Assembly: GCA_965204745.1 (NCBI GenBank)
Contig: OZ242010.1
Location: 5,312,001-5,376,000, forward strand
Source of the DNA: Candidatus Latescibacterota bacterium
Lineage (GTDB): Bacteria > Latescibacterota > UBA2968
Direction: 5' to 3'
Length of the DNA stretch: 64,000 nucleotides
Positions within the stretch are counted from its first letter, which is position 1. Every line of letters starts with the position of its first letter. The position numbers and the translations under genes were made by a program. Under the pieces are notes generated by a model. The model saw nothing but the letters and a program-made list of their open reading frames with translations, was not told where the DNA came from and ran no database searches. This document shows positions 19,215 to 28,223 of the stretch, in pieces.

Positions 19215-20256
19215 TGGACAAAACGCCATGACAAAAACGAACGCGCAACCCCTCCTCGAAGTGACGCAACTCAAGACCCATTTCCCAATTAAAAAGGGCA
19301 TTTGGCGGCGCGTGGTGGGCTATGTCAAGGCCGTAGATGGGATCGACCTGACCCTGTACCGCGGGGAGACCCTCGGTTTGGTGGGCGAATCCGGCTGCGG
19401 CAAGACCACGGCGGGGCGGTCGATCATTCGCCTGATCGAGCCTTCGGCTGGGAAGATCGTTTTCCACCACAACGGCGAGCCGATTGACCTGCGCGGCTTG
19501 GGCAAGGAAGATATCCGCAACCTGCGGCGCGAATTGCAATACATCTTCCAAGACCCCTTCTCGTCGCTCAACCCGCGCATGACGGTTTTCGACCTCGTGG
19601 CCGAACCCCTCGTCATCAACCGAGTCGCGTCCGGCGCCGAACTCGAAGACCGCATCGAGCAGTTGCTCATCCGCGTGGGCTTGCGTCCGGATCACCTGCG
19701 CCGCTATCCCCATGCGTTTTCGGGGGGGCAACGCCAGCGCATCGGCATTGCCCGCGCCCTCGCGCTCAATCCCAAACTCGTCATTGCCGACGAGCCGGTC
19801 TCTGCCCTCGACGTGTCCGTACAAGCGCAGGTCATCAACCTCCTCGAAGACCTGCAAGAAGCCTTTGGCCTGACGTATTTGTTCATCGCGCACGACCTCG
19901 GCGTCGTGGAACACATTTCGGATCGCGTGGCGGTGATGTACCTCGGTCAGATCATCGAGATCACCACCTCTGAGCGGCTCTATCAAAATCCCCTGCATCC
20001 CTATACCGCGGCCCTTTTATCCGCCGTTCCAGTTGCGGACCCGGATGATCGACGCCAGCGCATCTCTATCGAAGGCGATGTGCCCGATCCCGCGGATGCC
20101 CCATCCGGATGCAAATTTCACACGCGCTGCCTGTACGCGCAGGACAAGTGCAAAACAGAAGCGCCCCAGCTAAGAGAAATCGAACCGGGGCACGAGGTGA
20201 GTTGCCACTTCGCGGGCGAACTCACATTCTCCGATCACCACGTCGAACCCGCTTGA
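19207..20256 (+). CDS. ABC ATPase OppF/DppF-like
   Basis: [25 protein letters not shown]; start may be 19228. Confidence 0.92.
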   Translation: MIDGQNAMTKTNAQPLLEVTQLKTHFPIKKGIWRRVVGYVKAVDGIDLTLYRGETLGLVGESGCGKTTAGRSIIRLIEPSAGKIVFHHNGEPIDLRGLGKEDIRNLRRELQYIFQDPFSSLNPRMTVFDLVAEPLVINRVASGAELEDRIEQLLIRVGLRPDHLRRYPHAFSGGQRQRIGIARALALNPKLVIADEPVSALDVSVQAQVINLLEDLQEAFGLTYLFIAHDLGVVEHISDRVAVMYLGQIIEITTSERLYQNPLHPYTAALLSAVPVADPDDRRQRISIEGDVPDPADAPSGCKFHTRCLYAQDKCKTEAPQLREIEPGHEVSCHFAGELTFSDHHVEPA

Positions 20257-20285
20257 CCTGGGACCGTGCTTTGGTATTTTGAAAA

Positions 20286-20564
20286 ATGAACTGGACCGTC
20301 ACAATAGGTACGAGGGCACAAAAACAAATCAGGCGTTTACCCGAACAGATCAAAAAGAATCTTGTTGCTCTGATCAGAGAGATTGAAGTGGCAGGTCCAG
20401 TTCGTGGGAACTGGCCTAATTATAGCTCTCTCGGAAGAAATCGGCACCATTGTCACATCAAAAAAGGAAGACCGACTTACGTCTCTGTTTGGGAAGTAAA
20501 GGACAAAAACATCAAACTGGTAGAGGTGACTTATGCAGGTACCCATGAAAAAGCACCGTACTGA
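20286..20564 (+). CDS. RelE/HigB-fold toxin
   Basis: 92 aa, basic; WPNYS.L...HCHIK.GRPTYV..W...YAGTHEKAPY; lies upstream of an HTH gene. Confidence 0.7.
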   Translation: MNWTVTIGTRAQKQIRRLPEQIKKNLVALIREIEVAGPVRGNWPNYSSLGRNRHHCHIKKGRPTYVSVWEVKDKNIKLVEVTYAGTHEKAPY

Positions 20565-20889
20565 AGCAGACACCATTGAACTGCGCTTTCTCGGTCCGCA
20601 AGAAAAACGCAAGCAAGCCATTCGCGTACTCGATTCCATGGGCTTTGTGGATATATCCGATTCAGTTCCCTGGCAGGCGTGTTTTTCGTATGCTGACGAA
20701 CAGTTGCCCAGCATTTCTCTGGCGGGAGCAAGGGAAAAGGAAGGGTTGACACAACGAGAACTGTCTCGGTTGACGGGCATTCCGCAACGACGTATTTCAG
20801 AAATGGAAAATGGCAAACGGCCCATTCAAAAAGAAACAGCGAAAAAACTGGGGAAAACACTCAACATCAGCTATAAAGTCTTTCTGTGA
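20545..20889 (+). CDS. XRE/HigA-type HTH antitoxin
   Basis: LAGAREKEGLTQRELSRLTGIPQRRISEMENGKRPI; overlaps the toxin 3' end. Confidence 0.8.
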   Translation: MKKHRTEADTIELRFLGPQEKRKQAIRVLDSMGFVDISDSVPWQACFSYADEQLPSISLAGAREKEGLTQRELSRLTGIPQRRISEMENGKRPIQKETAKKLGKTLNISYKVFL

Positions 20890-20952
20890 ACCGACAGATC
20901 GCCTAAAAATATCCACTGAAATTTTTTGACGCTCGTCTTTCCGAGGGAAGCG

Positions 20953-21750
20953 ATGTCTTTGACGCAAGCGCAAATTGACCGCTTTCGCAAGTGGGGGTAC
21001 GCGGTCGTGCCCGATATGTTCACGCGGCGGGAAGTGCGTGCGATGCGCGGGGAACTCGACCGCTTCAAGCGCGAGGGGCTTCTCCGCAATGTGGCGACGG
21101 ATGGCGATGGGCAAACCCATTCGCAAACGCAGATCAACTTGCAGATTTGCCCCATCACCCCCAAGAGTGCGTTTTACCGCGCCCTGCACTTTCACCCCAA
21201 GGTCATCGCGCTCGTCGAACAACTCATCGGCTCGCCCTTTGTGTTCTACCTCGATCAGATCTTTCTCAAACCCGGCAAACAGGGCATTGGCACGGACTGG
21301 CATCAGGACAACGCCTATTTCAAAGTCAGGGACCCGGGCAAAGGCGTTGGGATGTGGGTTGCCCTGCACGATGCGACTATCGCCAACGGCACCTTGCACA
21401 TCATTCCCGGCAGCCATCGAGAAAACCATGCCCACGACCGCGATCCCAACAGCGACCACCACATTCACTGCGCCGTGCCCGAAGAGAGGGCCATCCCCAT
21501 TGAATTGCCGGCCGGAGGCGCGGTCTTTTTTAATTTTGGCATCGCGCACAGCACCCGCGCAAATACCACAGCCCGAGAACGCGCGGGCCTTGCCCTGCAT
21601 TTTTTGAACGCGGACTATATTCCCGAAAACATCAGAGGCACGCGGCGATATACCCACCTCACAGGCCCTCTCGCCACGGGTGGGAAGAGGGAATACGGCC
21701 GCTGCATTGCCAACACTTGGCGCGATGAAGTGGATCGCGTGCTTGGGTGA
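20953..21750 (+). CDS. PhyH-family dioxygenase
   Basis: FRKWGY, DWHQDN, NGTLHIIPGSH, AHST.AN...RAGL. Confidence 0.9.
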   Translation: MSLTQAQIDRFRKWGYAVVPDMFTRREVRAMRGELDRFKREGLLRNVATDGDGQTHSQTQINLQICPITPKSAFYRALHFHPKVIALVEQLIGSPFVFYLDQIFLKPGKQGIGTDWHQDNAYFKVRDPGKGVGMWVALHDATIANGTLHIIPGSHRENHAHDRDPNSDHHIHCAVPEERAIPIELPAGGAVFFNFGIAHSTRANTTARERAGLALHFLNADYIPENIRGTRRYTHLTGPLATGGKREYGRCIANTWRDEVDRVLG

Positions 21751-21833
21751 ATCGTGCGTGCCCATCCTCTCTACCCCGCCGCTTTGGGCGATGCCCCCGT
21801 GTCCGCCCGCCGAAAAAAAATTGAAATTAGCTG

Positions 21834-21862
21834 TTGACATGTTTCCCCAAATCAGATAGTTT
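21834..21862 (+). promoter_or_regulatory. Sigma70-type promoter heading the viperin unit
   Basis: TTGACA-17 bp-TAGTTT. Confidence 0.55.
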
Positions 21863-22054
21863 TTGAGCAGAACATAGAACCTCGTGCTTTGATGCGTTTT
21901 GCATCTCTTCCGATCCCGATGGTCTCAGTCGGGAATCCTACGGGTTCGACAATCTGTAACGGGATGCGCGGATTGTTTGGTTTTATTCGACAAGCCGATA
22001 ATCCCGTTCGATTGCCCCACTTGGGATAGGGTGTCGCTTAACAAAGGAGTGGGA

Positions 22055-23854
22055 ATGAGCGAAGCCAAAGATGGCCGTTCTGGCCTTGTTTTTCCGCTAC
22101 GCGATTCTTCTTCCGAAGAAATTTTCCTCATTGTGCAGTGCCTTCAGGACGCTGGTTTTTCCCGCCATGACCGAGCATGGCTGGTGCGCGTTTTTGAACG
22201 CCCAGATTGTTTTGGCGATCCCAACGGGGACGCTGTGTTGAAAGAGGCGTTTGCGGCTTCTTTTGAGCATGTTCTGCCCGGCGTCGTGGAAGAATTGGGC
22301 GAACCGGAGCAAACCGAGGAAGACAGGCAGAACCGCTTGGCACTTCTGTTCGGGTTCCTGCTTGGCTTTGGGCCGATCTACAGCGAGGTGGTTCTACCCG
22401 ATGACAGGCTCGGAAAATCGGGCGACGCTTGGCATGTTCCCGCGTGGGTTGGCGCGTTCCAAAAGCACGCGAGGTTTTGTGCGAAAAGTCTGGGTTGGCA
22501 AAAACTCAATGCGTTGCGGGACGCGGGTGTTTTTCGATTCTTTGACCTGATTCCATTTCTCTTTCCCAAAGGCGTGCCATTGGCCCAGGTCGTGGAGTTG
22601 GGCTTGTTAAATCCGATTCTGCGACGCGGATGGTCGAGCGATGATTTTCGGGATCCCAGAGAACTCGAGTTTTGGTTGATCTGGCGATTTCGCACGGATG
22701 CCGAATGCCGCGACATGATTGACCTGCACACGTTATTGCGAGCGTTTTCAGAGTTTCCCGATGGCGTTTTGGGCGATAAAATACTCGGGCTGTTGAACGC
22801 CATCGAATACGCTATGAACCTGGGATCGGCATTGGGCGATAAACGCCTGAATGCGTTGGGCGACGGATGGCGGGTTGTTGCACGGGAGTTGACGCCGTTT
22901 TGGGAACTGTTGAATGGGAAATCGCCAGAGTCGCAGCCGCAACCCTCATCCCTGCTCAAAGCATGGTGGCGGTTGGCTGTGGCGATTCACTACAAAAGTA
23001 TGGGTGGGTTGGAATCCGATCTCGCCGATGAACTCAGGAACCAGCTCGTCGAAAGTGCCGCACGGCACATTGGGATTTTGCGAAAGATAGTGCGAGAAAC
23101 GCCTGAAAATTTTGCAGGTAGGGATTCGACGGGAATGCCCGTTTCCGATTTTTACGACAAGGCGTTTGAAGTGCTGTGCATTTTTGCACCCCCGTGGAAA
23201 TGTCTGAAGTCCTTATTGCTGGCTTTTTCCGAGATGACCGTGCCGGCCATTGCATCTGATCTGCGGCCATGGGCAGAAGCGAACAGAGAAGCCCCGCCGC
23301 ATCCGCATCATCACATCCCGCTGTGGATCGGCATCGCCATGTATCCGCAGAATCTTCGGAATGAATTGAAGCGAGACCCGCACTTGCGGCGGTTGCGCGA
23401 GGAGTTCGCCAAATTTTGCCTCGACCGGCTCAAAACAAAAAAAATTGACACCGAGGCGAAAACCGAGGTGTCTGATTACGCAGATGAAGAATTTGTCGAA
23501 CCGCGTCGCCCGTGGCGACGGTGCTATGTGCAAGCCGTAACCGCATTGCGCGTCAATCCCGGCGGCCGGGCGCACAGAACCCTGTTCTGGCTTTCTAGGA
23601 ATGATCCGGATAAAACGGTCCGAGAATTTGCAAAACGAGCGCACGGACAAATTCGGCATCTCAACCGCAACAAATCGAATTTAGATCGCGGTGCATCACC
23701 CCGCCGCCCCCTATTTGAAGCCTTTTGGTGGCTTCGCCAAGCGCATCTGTTGACGCTCGACAAACCGATTGATGAGGCGGGCGCGCTGCGAACGCGCAGA
23801 ACGGAGTTGCACCGCACCCGCGAGAAAGCTGATCGCCTCAATTGGGAAGCATAG
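22055..23854 (+). CDS. Uncharacterised 599-aa, probably alpha-helical protein
   Basis: AAGGAG RBS before ATG 22055; long open frame; Trp/Arg-rich C-terminus (SPRRPLFEAFWWLRQAHL); no family recognised. Confidence 0.75.
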   Translation: MSEAKDGRSGLVFPLRDSSSEEIFLIVQCLQDAGFSRHDRAWLVRVFERPDCFGDPNGDAVLKEAFAASFEHVLPGVVEELGEPEQTEEDRQNRLALLFGFLLGFGPIYSEVVLPDDRLGKSGDAWHVPAWVGAFQKHARFCAKSLGWQKLNALRDAGVFRFFDLIPFLFPKGVPLAQVVELGLLNPILRRGWSSDDFRDPRELEFWLIWRFRTDAECRDMIDLHTLLRAFSEFPDGVLGDKILGLLNAIEYAMNLGSALGDKRLNALGDGWRVVARELTPFWELLNGKSPESQPQPSSLLKAWWRLAVAIHYKSMGGLESDLADELRNQLVESAARHIGILRKIVRETPENFAGRDSTGMPVSDFYDKAFEVLCIFAPPWKCLKSLLLAFSEMTVPAIASDLRPWAEANREAPPHPHHHIPLWIGIAMYPQNLRNELKRDPHLRRLREEFAKFCLDRLKTKKIDTEAKTEVSDYADEEFVEPRRPWRRCYVQAVTALRVNPGGRAHRTLFWLSRNDPDKTVREFAKRAHGQIRHLNRNKSNLDRGASPRRPLFEAFWWLRQAHLLTLDKPIDEAGALRTRRTELHRTREKADRLNWEA

Positions 23855-23902
23855 TGTCCCCCTGCGGCGATAGATACCAACGAGAAAGGAGGTGATGAGA
23901 AT

Positions 23903-24067
23903 ATGGCGAAAATCAGTGGCAATCGCTCGGGCGGTACCCGCAGTGGCGGTAAAGGTGGTCGGCAAAGCGGCGGTCAAAGCAAAAGCCGTGGAAGTGGCGG
24001 CTGGCCGAGCAAGACCGGCAACCGCTCCGGCACTGGCCGAACCAATGCCCCGCCGAAAAGCAAATGA
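23903..24067 (+). CDS. 54-aa Gly/Ser/Lys/Arg-rich small protein (absent from the ORF track)
   Basis: AAGGAGGTGA RBS; MAKISGNRSGGTRSGGKGGRQSGGQSKSRGSGGWPSKTGNRSGTGRTNAPPKSK*. Confidence 0.65.
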   Translation: MAKISGNRSGGTRSGGKGGRQSGGQSKSRGSGGWPSKTGNRSGTGRTNAPPKSK

Positions 24068-24243
24068 ACTGATCGGAAGGTGCTGATAACGCCAGTTCAT
24101 TCACGCGATCAACACCTTCCGCCAACAACTGGTGCGTCCGCACTTCGTGGCTCAATAGCCACCCGTTTGATCTCTTCGAGATCGTGCTATGGCGCATCCT
24201 TTCAAGACAATTTTTGAATCGCCTTGTCAAAGGAGAAAGGATC

Positions 24244-25143
24244 ATGAAAATGACCATCAATTCCCCCGATCTGTCGCAGAAAATTCCATCGGTCAACTAC
24301 CATCTCTGGGAGCCGTGCAACATGCGTTGCAAGTTCTGTTTTGCCACATTTCAAGATGTCAAGCGAGACATGGAACTGCCCAAAGGTCACTTGCCGGAGA
24401 ATGAGTGTCTCTCGGTCGTGGATCGACTTGCCGAAGCCGGTTTTGAAAAGATCAATTTTGCCGGCGGAGAACCCACGCTTTGCCCTTGGTTGCCAAACTT
24501 GATCAAGCGGGCAAAGAACCATGAGATGGTCACCTCCATCGTTACAAATGGATCGAGAATCACCGATCCATGGCTGGACGGGCTGAACGGAAGTTTGGAC
24601 TGGATCGCGTTGAGCATTGATACCGTTGATCCGGAAAAACTGAAACGCTCGGGTCGCGCACTTGGTGGTGGAAAGAAACCCATGACCGAGGAAGAATATC
24701 TGGGCATCATCCGCACCGTAAAGCGACGAGGGGTTCGGCTGAAAATCAACACGGTCATCACTTCTGAAACGTGGCAAGAGGATTTTACCGACTTCATCAG
24801 ATCGGCCAAACCGGAGCGATGGAAGTTGCTCCAAGCCCTCCGCGTCGAGGGGCAAAATGACGCGCATATCGCCGATTTCGAGATCGCGCCAGAGCAATTC
24901 GAGGCGTACGTCCAACGCAATCGCATCGTCGAAAATGACGGTATTATCGTCGTGCCAGAGAGCAATGAAATGATGACGGAAAGTTATGTCATGATCGACC
25001 CAGCGGGCCGCTTTTTTGATAACGCACAAGGTGCCCATACTTATAGCCGCCCTATTTTGGAGGTTGGCATTGAAGATGCTTTGCAGGATGTATCGGTTGA
25101 CCGTGAACGTTTTCTCAAAAGAGGAGGGCAGTATGAGTGGTGA
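24244..25143 (+). CDS. Prokaryotic viperin (pVip), antiviral radical SAM ddhNTP synthase
   Basis: SVNYHLWEPCNMRCKFCF, KINFAGGEP, KINTV, RWK, M.ESY.MIDP.GRF, and the viperin-type C-terminus F.KRGG.YEW. Confidence 0.92.
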   Translation: MKMTINSPDLSQKIPSVNYHLWEPCNMRCKFCFATFQDVKRDMELPKGHLPENECLSVVDRLAEAGFEKINFAGGEPTLCPWLPNLIKRAKNHEMVTSIVTNGSRITDPWLDGLNGSLDWIALSIDTVDPEKLKRSGRALGGGKKPMTEEEYLGIIRTVKRRGVRLKINTVITSETWQEDFTDFIRSAKPERWKLLQALRVEGQNDAHIADFEIAPEQFEAYVQRNRIVENDGIIVVPESNEMMTESYVMIDPAGRFFDNAQGAHTYSRPILEVGIEDALQDVSVDRERFLKRGGQYEW

Positions 25144-25343
25144 TACACTCCCGCGCTGAAGCGAAGCGGGGTGAGGCCGTTAGAAATGAGGAGCGAAACC
25201 TCGCTGAGAAAGTTGCCCGACGCGAGGCAGTGCTTCAGGCGTACCGGATGTTTGACCCGATTGAGATCGATACCAGTCACCTCGATCCCGATGCCGTACT
25301 CGTAGCGGTGCTCGAGGTTCTGCACAAATCCGTATTGTGTTAA
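25137..25343 (+). pseudogene. C-terminal remnant of a CMPK2/thymidylate-kinase-like gene
   Basis: R..RGE...EE..LA.....R..V.QAY....EIDTS...P..V resembles the lid and C-terminus of NMP kinases; no P-loop; overlaps the viperin stop. Confidence 0.55.
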
Positions 25344-25354
25344 GCATCTGATAC

Positions 25355-25395
25355 AAAAAAGTGCCCCGGCGATGTTTTGCCGGGGCACTTTTTTT
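25355..25395. terminator. Bidirectional intrinsic terminator
   Basis: aaaaaagtgccccggc-gatgtttt-gccggggcacttttttt. Confidence 0.9.
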
Positions 25396-25427
25396 GTCAC
25401 CGTCGAGGGTTTAATCCGCGCCATCCC

Positions 25428-27989
25428 TTAATCCGCGACAATCCGCGATCCAGACTGGAGAAACCGGCCCGTGTGGGAAGTGGGAACGCGGGTGATCGCT
25501 TCGGGGGTGCCCGTGGCGACGATGTGCCCGCCGTTTTCGCCGGCGTCGGGGCCGAGGTCGATGATCCAGTCGGCGCGTTTGATCACGTCGAGATTGTGCT
25601 CGATGACGAGCGCGGTATTGCCGCGATCCACGAGGCGGTCGAGCACTTCGATGAGCACGCGGATGTCGTCAAAGTGCAAGCCCGTGGTGGGTTCGTCGAG
25701 CAAGTACAGGGTCTTGCCCGTGGCACTGCGCGCCAGTTCAGTGGCGAGTTTCACGCGCTGTGCCTCGCCGCCGGACAATGAGGTGGCCGCCTGCCCCAAG
25801 CGCAAATAGCCCAGGCCCACGGCTGCGAGGGAGTTGAGGTGTCGCTGTGCGGCGGGAATGTTGCGGAAAAAGGACTGCGCCTGCGCGACGGTCATGTTCA
25901 ACGCGTCGGCGATGGAACTGCCCTTGTACCGGACCTCGAGGGTTTCCCGGTTGTAGCGCGTGCCCGCGCAGGTGTCGCAAGTGACGAACACATCGGGCAA
26001 GAAGTGCATCTCGATGCGGCGCACCCCATCGCCCTGACAGGCTTCGCACCGCCCGCCCTTCACATTGAAACTGAACCGGCCCGCGCCATAACCGCGCACT
26101 CGGGATTCGGGCAGTTGCGCGTACAGGTCGCGGATGGCGGTGAACGCGCCGGTGTACGTGGCGGCATTGGATCGCGGGGTGCGCCCAATGGGCGATTGGT
26201 CGATGCGGATGACCTTGTCGAGTTGCCCCATGCCCTCTATTGCGCGATGGGGCAGGGGGTCTGCATTCGCGCGGTGAAAATGCCGGGCGAGCGCGGGATA
26301 CAGGGTTTGGTCGATGAGCGAACTCTTGCCGGAGCCGGACACGCCGGTGACGCACACAAAAACGCCCAGTGGAATATCCACCTCCACGTCTTGCAAATTG
26401 TGCCCACGGGCGCCCCGAATCGAGAGATGGCCGTGCGGTTGGCGCGCATCCGGAGGCGGGGGAATGGTCTTGCGCCCCGAGAGATAATCGCCGGTGAGGG
26501 ATCGTTCATCGGCCATCACGGTTCGCGGCGCACCCTTTGCGATCACCCGGCCCCCGTGTTCGCCCGCGCCCGGCCCGAGGTCGATGAGATAATCGGCCAT
26601 TTCCATGGCTTCGCGGTCGTGCTCGACCACGATGACCGAATTGCCCAAATCGCGCAGATTGCAAAACGCTTTGATGAGTTTGCGATTGTCGCGGGGGTGC
26701 AGGCCAATGCTCGGTTCGTCGAGCACGTACAGGACGCCAACGAGGCGCGTGCCGATTTGCGTTGCCAAGCGGATGCGCTGAAATTCGCCACCGGAAAGCG
26801 TGGTTGCCCTGCGGTTGAGCGCGAGATACCCCACGCCCACATCTGCGAGAAAGCCGAGGCGGCTTTCGATTTCGCGGATCAGGGGCGCGGCGATCTCGGC
26901 GGCATTGTCTCGCAAGTCGAGCGTTTGAAAAAACCGCCTGATCCCATCGATGGGCAGGCGGGCGATATCGGCGATGGTGCTATCGGCAAGGGTGATGGCT
27001 AGCGCCTCTGCGCGCAAGCGCGTGCCATGGCACTCGGGGCAGGTTTGATCGCGCACGCGCGAATCGGAATCGCCCGGGGCCGGATCGCTGCTAGATGGAG
27101 GCTTGCTGAATAACTCCCCGTCAGCGCCTGCGTTGGAAACCGTCCCAAGGCCATCGCAGGTCGGGCAGGCGCCATAAGGGCTGTTGAAGGAAAACAAGCG
27201 CGGTTCGATGGCGTGGATTTCAAAATGGCCCTCTGTGCAGGCAAAGCGCGTGGAGAACGTCCAGTCGCCTTTGCCGACAATGTCGAGTGTGGCCGTGCCG
27301 TCGGCCAAATCGAGCGCGGTTTCGAGCGAATCCGCGAGGCGCGAAGCCAGGTTGCCGCGCACCACCAAGCGATCCACGACCGCGTCAATGCTGTGCGCGG
27401 CGCGTTTGTCCAAGGTGATCGCACGGTCGAGCGGCAGAATCGCGCCATCCACGCGCACGCGCAGATAGCCCGCTTTTCGCAACTGCACAAAAACGCTTTG
27501 CTGCCCGCCTTTTGCATTGCGGACCAGCGGCGCGAGCACCTGAAGGCGTTGGCCTTCGGGCAAGGCGAGCACGCGATCCACGACTGCCGCGACCGTCTCT
27601 CGGACGATGACCTGCCCACAGACCGGACAATGCGGCGTGCCAACTCTGGCAAACAAGAGGCGCAAGTGGTCATAGACTTCCGTCAACGTGCCCACGGTCG
27701 AACGCGGTGTGCGGGGCATGCCGCGCTGTTGAATTGCCACCGCAGGCGAAAGACCTTCGATGCTGTCGGCATCGGGCTTGTCCATCAAATCGAGAAATTG
27801 CCGCGCGTACGCAGACAGGGATTCGACATAACGGCGTTGCCCTTCGGCGTAGATCGTATCAAAAGCCAACGACGATTTGCCCGACCCGGAAGGCCCGGTG
27901 ATCACGACCAGACAGTTGCGCGGAATGTCCAAGTCGATATTTTTGAGGTTGTGCTGCCGCGCACCGCGAATGGTGATCGTATCGCTCAT
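25428..27989 (-). CDS. uvrA: Excinuclease ABC subunit A (853 aa, short)
   Basis: [37 protein letters not shown], second Walker [10 protein letters not shown], zinc finger CEAC...CDTC. Confidence 0.95.
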   Translation of the reverse strand: MSDTITIRGARQHNLKNIDLDIPRNCLVVITGPSGSGKSSLAFDTIYAEGQRRYVESLSAYARQFLDLMDKPDADSIEGLSPAVAIQQRGMPRTPRSTVGTLTEVYDHLRLLFARVGTPHCPVCGQVIVRETVAAVVDRVLALPEGQRLQVLAPLVRNAKGGQQSVFVQLRKAGYLRVRVDGAILPLDRAITLDKRAAHSIDAVVDRLVVRGNLASRLADSLETALDLADGTATLDIVGKGDWTFSTRFACTEGHFEIHAIEPRLFSFNSPYGACPTCDGLGTVSNAGADGELFSKPPSSSDPAPGDSDSRVRDQTCPECHGTRLRAEALAITLADSTIADIARLPIDGIRRFFQTLDLRDNAAEIAAPLIREIESRLGFLADVGVGYLALNRRATTLSGGEFQRIRLATQIGTRLVGVLYVLDEPSIGLHPRDNRKLIKAFCNLRDLGNSVIVVEHDREAMEMADYLIDLGPGAGEHGGRVIAKGAPRTVMADERSLTGDYLSGRKTIPPPPDARQPHGHLSIRGARGHNLQDVEVDIPLGVFVCVTGVSGSGKSSLIDQTLYPALARHFHRANADPLPHRAIEGMGQLDKVIRIDQSPIGRTPRSNAATYTGAFTAIRDLYAQLPESRVRGYGAGRFSFNVKGGRCEACQGDGVRRIEMHFLPDVFVTCDTCAGTRYNRETLEVRYKGSSIADALNMTVAQAQSFFRNIPAAQRHLNSLAAVGLGYLRLGQAATSLSGGEAQRVKLATELARSATGKTLYLLDEPTTGLHFDDIRVLIEVLDRLVDRGNTALVIEHNLDVIKRADWIIDLGPDAGENGGHIVATGTPEAITRVPTSHTGRFLQSGSRIVAD

Positions 27990-28051
27990 ATCTCAAAATA
28001 GCCGAACCGCGCAAAAAATCAACCGCGTCGTATCGGCCTTCGGAAATTGCC

Positions 28052-28080
28052 TTGACATCGCAAAAATTATTTATTAGCAT
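28052..28080 (+). promoter_or_regulatory. Sigma70-type promoter
   Basis: TTGACA-17 bp-TAGCAT upstream of the giant FtsX-like gene. Confidence 0.55.
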
Positions 28081-28223
28081 AAAATTCGCTTTGTTTGGAT
28101 CCGTAAGGAGATATGGACGATAGCCTGCTCGTTCCCCTGCCTCTGGCTGTAAAAGTCCTACATCGCGCCTAATTAGACTTGGAAACCGGATCGTCGTTTT
28201 CGCCTTTTAACAGGAGCTTTGCA

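Noticed and set aside
21935-21960. tRNA or tRNA fragment (GGTTCGA T-loop-like)
   Set aside because: No cloverleaf, no correctly paired T-stem and no acceptor stem could be built.
21868-23854. Retron (structured ncRNA plus effector)
   Set aside because: No reverse transcriptase (YADD-type motif) is visible in the locus.
23903-25143. RiPP cluster (Trp-containing peptide plus radical SAM maturase)
   Set aside because: The radical SAM has viperin-specific N- and C-terminal motifs and no SPASM or RRE domain; no peptidase or exporter is nearby.
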